Shown here piece by piece: positions 62,313-64,000 of a stretch of 64,000 nt of DNA. Within the stretch, counting starts at the first letter, position 1, and each line of letters begins with the position of its first letter. Origin of the DNA: Lama guanicoe (Eukaryota). The notes under the pieces were generated by a model. The model did no database searches and was not told where the DNA came from. It saw only the letters and a list, made by a program, of their open reading frames with translations. The DNA lies in contig MU053881.1 of NCBI GenBank assembly GCA_013239625.1, positions 7,523,957-7,587,956 on the forward strand, given 5' to 3'. A program made the translations under genes and the position numbers.

Positions 62313-63512
62313 CTTGTGTTTTGTTGTTGTTGTTCTGTAGGTTCCTCAGTAACTCGGCTGCATTTGGGTGCTAAGCTGAAGATAGGCATTAGGCTCTTTG
62401 GAATCTGTTGAGAGGGAGGCTGGGGGAGTCAGTGAGGAAGTGAGAACTGATGATGGATAAGATTGTGTCTGTTGACTGGGCTACAGCGTTGGAAGTGAGA
62501 GGTTCATACTGAGAGCCGCCTTGGGATTTCTGGACTCTGACATTCCCATTTACCCTTTGTTCATCTGATTCCCCACAGATCCGTGACGCAGCGTTCTCTA
62601 GGAGCCTTTGGCCCAGGCCATTACATTTGCGTAACAGTAGTTAATGAGCATCATGGATTCATCTCAGGACAAGGCTTTCACTGGACAGCAAAGCAAAACC
62701 TTCAGGACCTAGGGCACAGCTTCATTTTGTAGCTGTCTGCCTGCTTGTTCAGATAACTATTTACAGATCAGCCCTTCAGTCTTGGGTTTTGAACAGCTGG
62801 TAGCAATTTTCCTGCACTAAATGACTGCTAATTATCCTATACACCACACTTAATTCATGCCTTGTTGGCTGAGTTGTGAGTTCACCTACTCATTGTAATT
62901 ACTCCTTACCCTCATCCTTTTTTTTTTTTACCACCCCCTTGTGTCTTATCTCACATTGCATTTCCAGCACCACAATACAGAGAGTTAGATCCAGTTGAAC
63001 AGAAGTTTCATAGCTCCAGCAGGTTTCAGTGGATCAGGACGTGAACTCTGACTCCGTACAACAGGCTACTGAGTGTTGTGACAATGAAAGCTCCAAGGAG
63101 GAATTGTCATTCCAACATCACGGTGAGCTAGAAAGCATCACAACCAGGAGGCTGACACCCTGAGATCCAGCAGCAATTCTTTAACGGTCAGGCTGTGTGC
63201 CTTTGATTATGCCACTTAATTTAATGCCCGGTCTCAGTCTTTTCACCTCTAAAGTGGGGACAGTATTTCTTTCTCTGCCCACCTCACAGGCTGAAGTGGA
63301 ATATGTATATTAGTGGAATTGGCCTATTACGTGTTAAAGCTGAGAATTTAAGTTGAAGGAAATATTACTGCATCCTCACAGTAAATGGTAAGGGGAAGAG
63401 ACCCTTCCAGGCATGTGAATAATAATCTGTAATTTTAGAGACGTTTTCCATACATTATTCTACTAGTTCTCATAACAAACGCTAAGATGGATTGGACAGC
63501 TGGAATGAGCCC

Positions 63513-63948
63513 TGTTGTGGGTTGAATTGTGTCCTTCCGAAAGATACACTGAAGTCCTAACTTGCAGCACCTCAGAGGGTGAACTTTTCTGGAAATAGGG
63601 TTGCTGTAGTTGTGATTAGTTAAGATGAGTGCATTACTGTCGTGGGTGGATCCTTAATCCAGTCTGACTGGTGTCCTTACAAGAAGCAGAAAGGGAAACA
63701 CCCAGGGAGATGGCCGTGTGACAACAGAGTCAGAGACTGGACTGTGCAGCTGCAAGCCAGGGAGTATCAAGGACTGACAGCCACCCCCAGGAAGGACTCT
63801 TCCCCTGCAGACTTCAGAGGGAACATGGCCCTGCCGTCCTCCTGATGTTGGACGCCTGTCCGCCAGAACCGAGACAGAATGAATTTCTGTCGTTTTGAGC
63901 CACCCAGCTTGTGGTACTTTTTAATGGAAGCCTGAGGAAACTAATACA
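63513..63948 (+). mobile_element. Complete MLT1B/C MaLR solo LTR inserted into a MIR remnant
   Basis: TG...CA ends; TSD agccc / tgccc; gggttgaattgtgtcc...cttcagagggaacatggccctgcc...ggaaactaataca. Confidence 0.92.
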
Positions 63949-64000
63949 TGCCCTGTATTTCTCACCAGTACACTGAGATTCAAAAAAAAAATAAATCTAA

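Overview
This is AT-rich, CpG-depleted mammalian DNA, most likely camelid (alpaca, llama or camel), judged from a Vic-1-type tRNA-Ala-derived SINE at ~49.9 kb and a young L1 at ~60 kb. I find no recognisable protein-coding gene, rRNA, true tRNA, CRISPR array or CpG island. Every ORF in the track that I can assign is a decayed LINE-1 ORF2 fragment; the rest look like chance ORFs. The window is a mosaic of transposon relics (L1s of several ages, about 19 ERVL/MaLR-type LTR pieces, many MIR and L2 fragments, hAT and Tc1-mariner MITEs) separated by unique spacers. Eight N-runs of 135-188 nt fall in or at repeats. I cannot support a novel multi-gene system. The best leads are small: a splice-signal cluster at 3.0-4.8 kb (possible lncRNA or terminal exons), a triple CCATAAA candidate enhancer at 27.3 kb, a mariner-MITE hairpin with apparently co-evolved arms at 34.0 kb, an unexplained ~25-bp direct repeat bracketing a motif-rich 565-bp segment at 21.7-22.3 kb, and several informative transposon rearrangements. 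Repeat family names come from recalled consensus sequences, not a database search. Boundaries are approximate unless a target-site duplication (TSD) is given.
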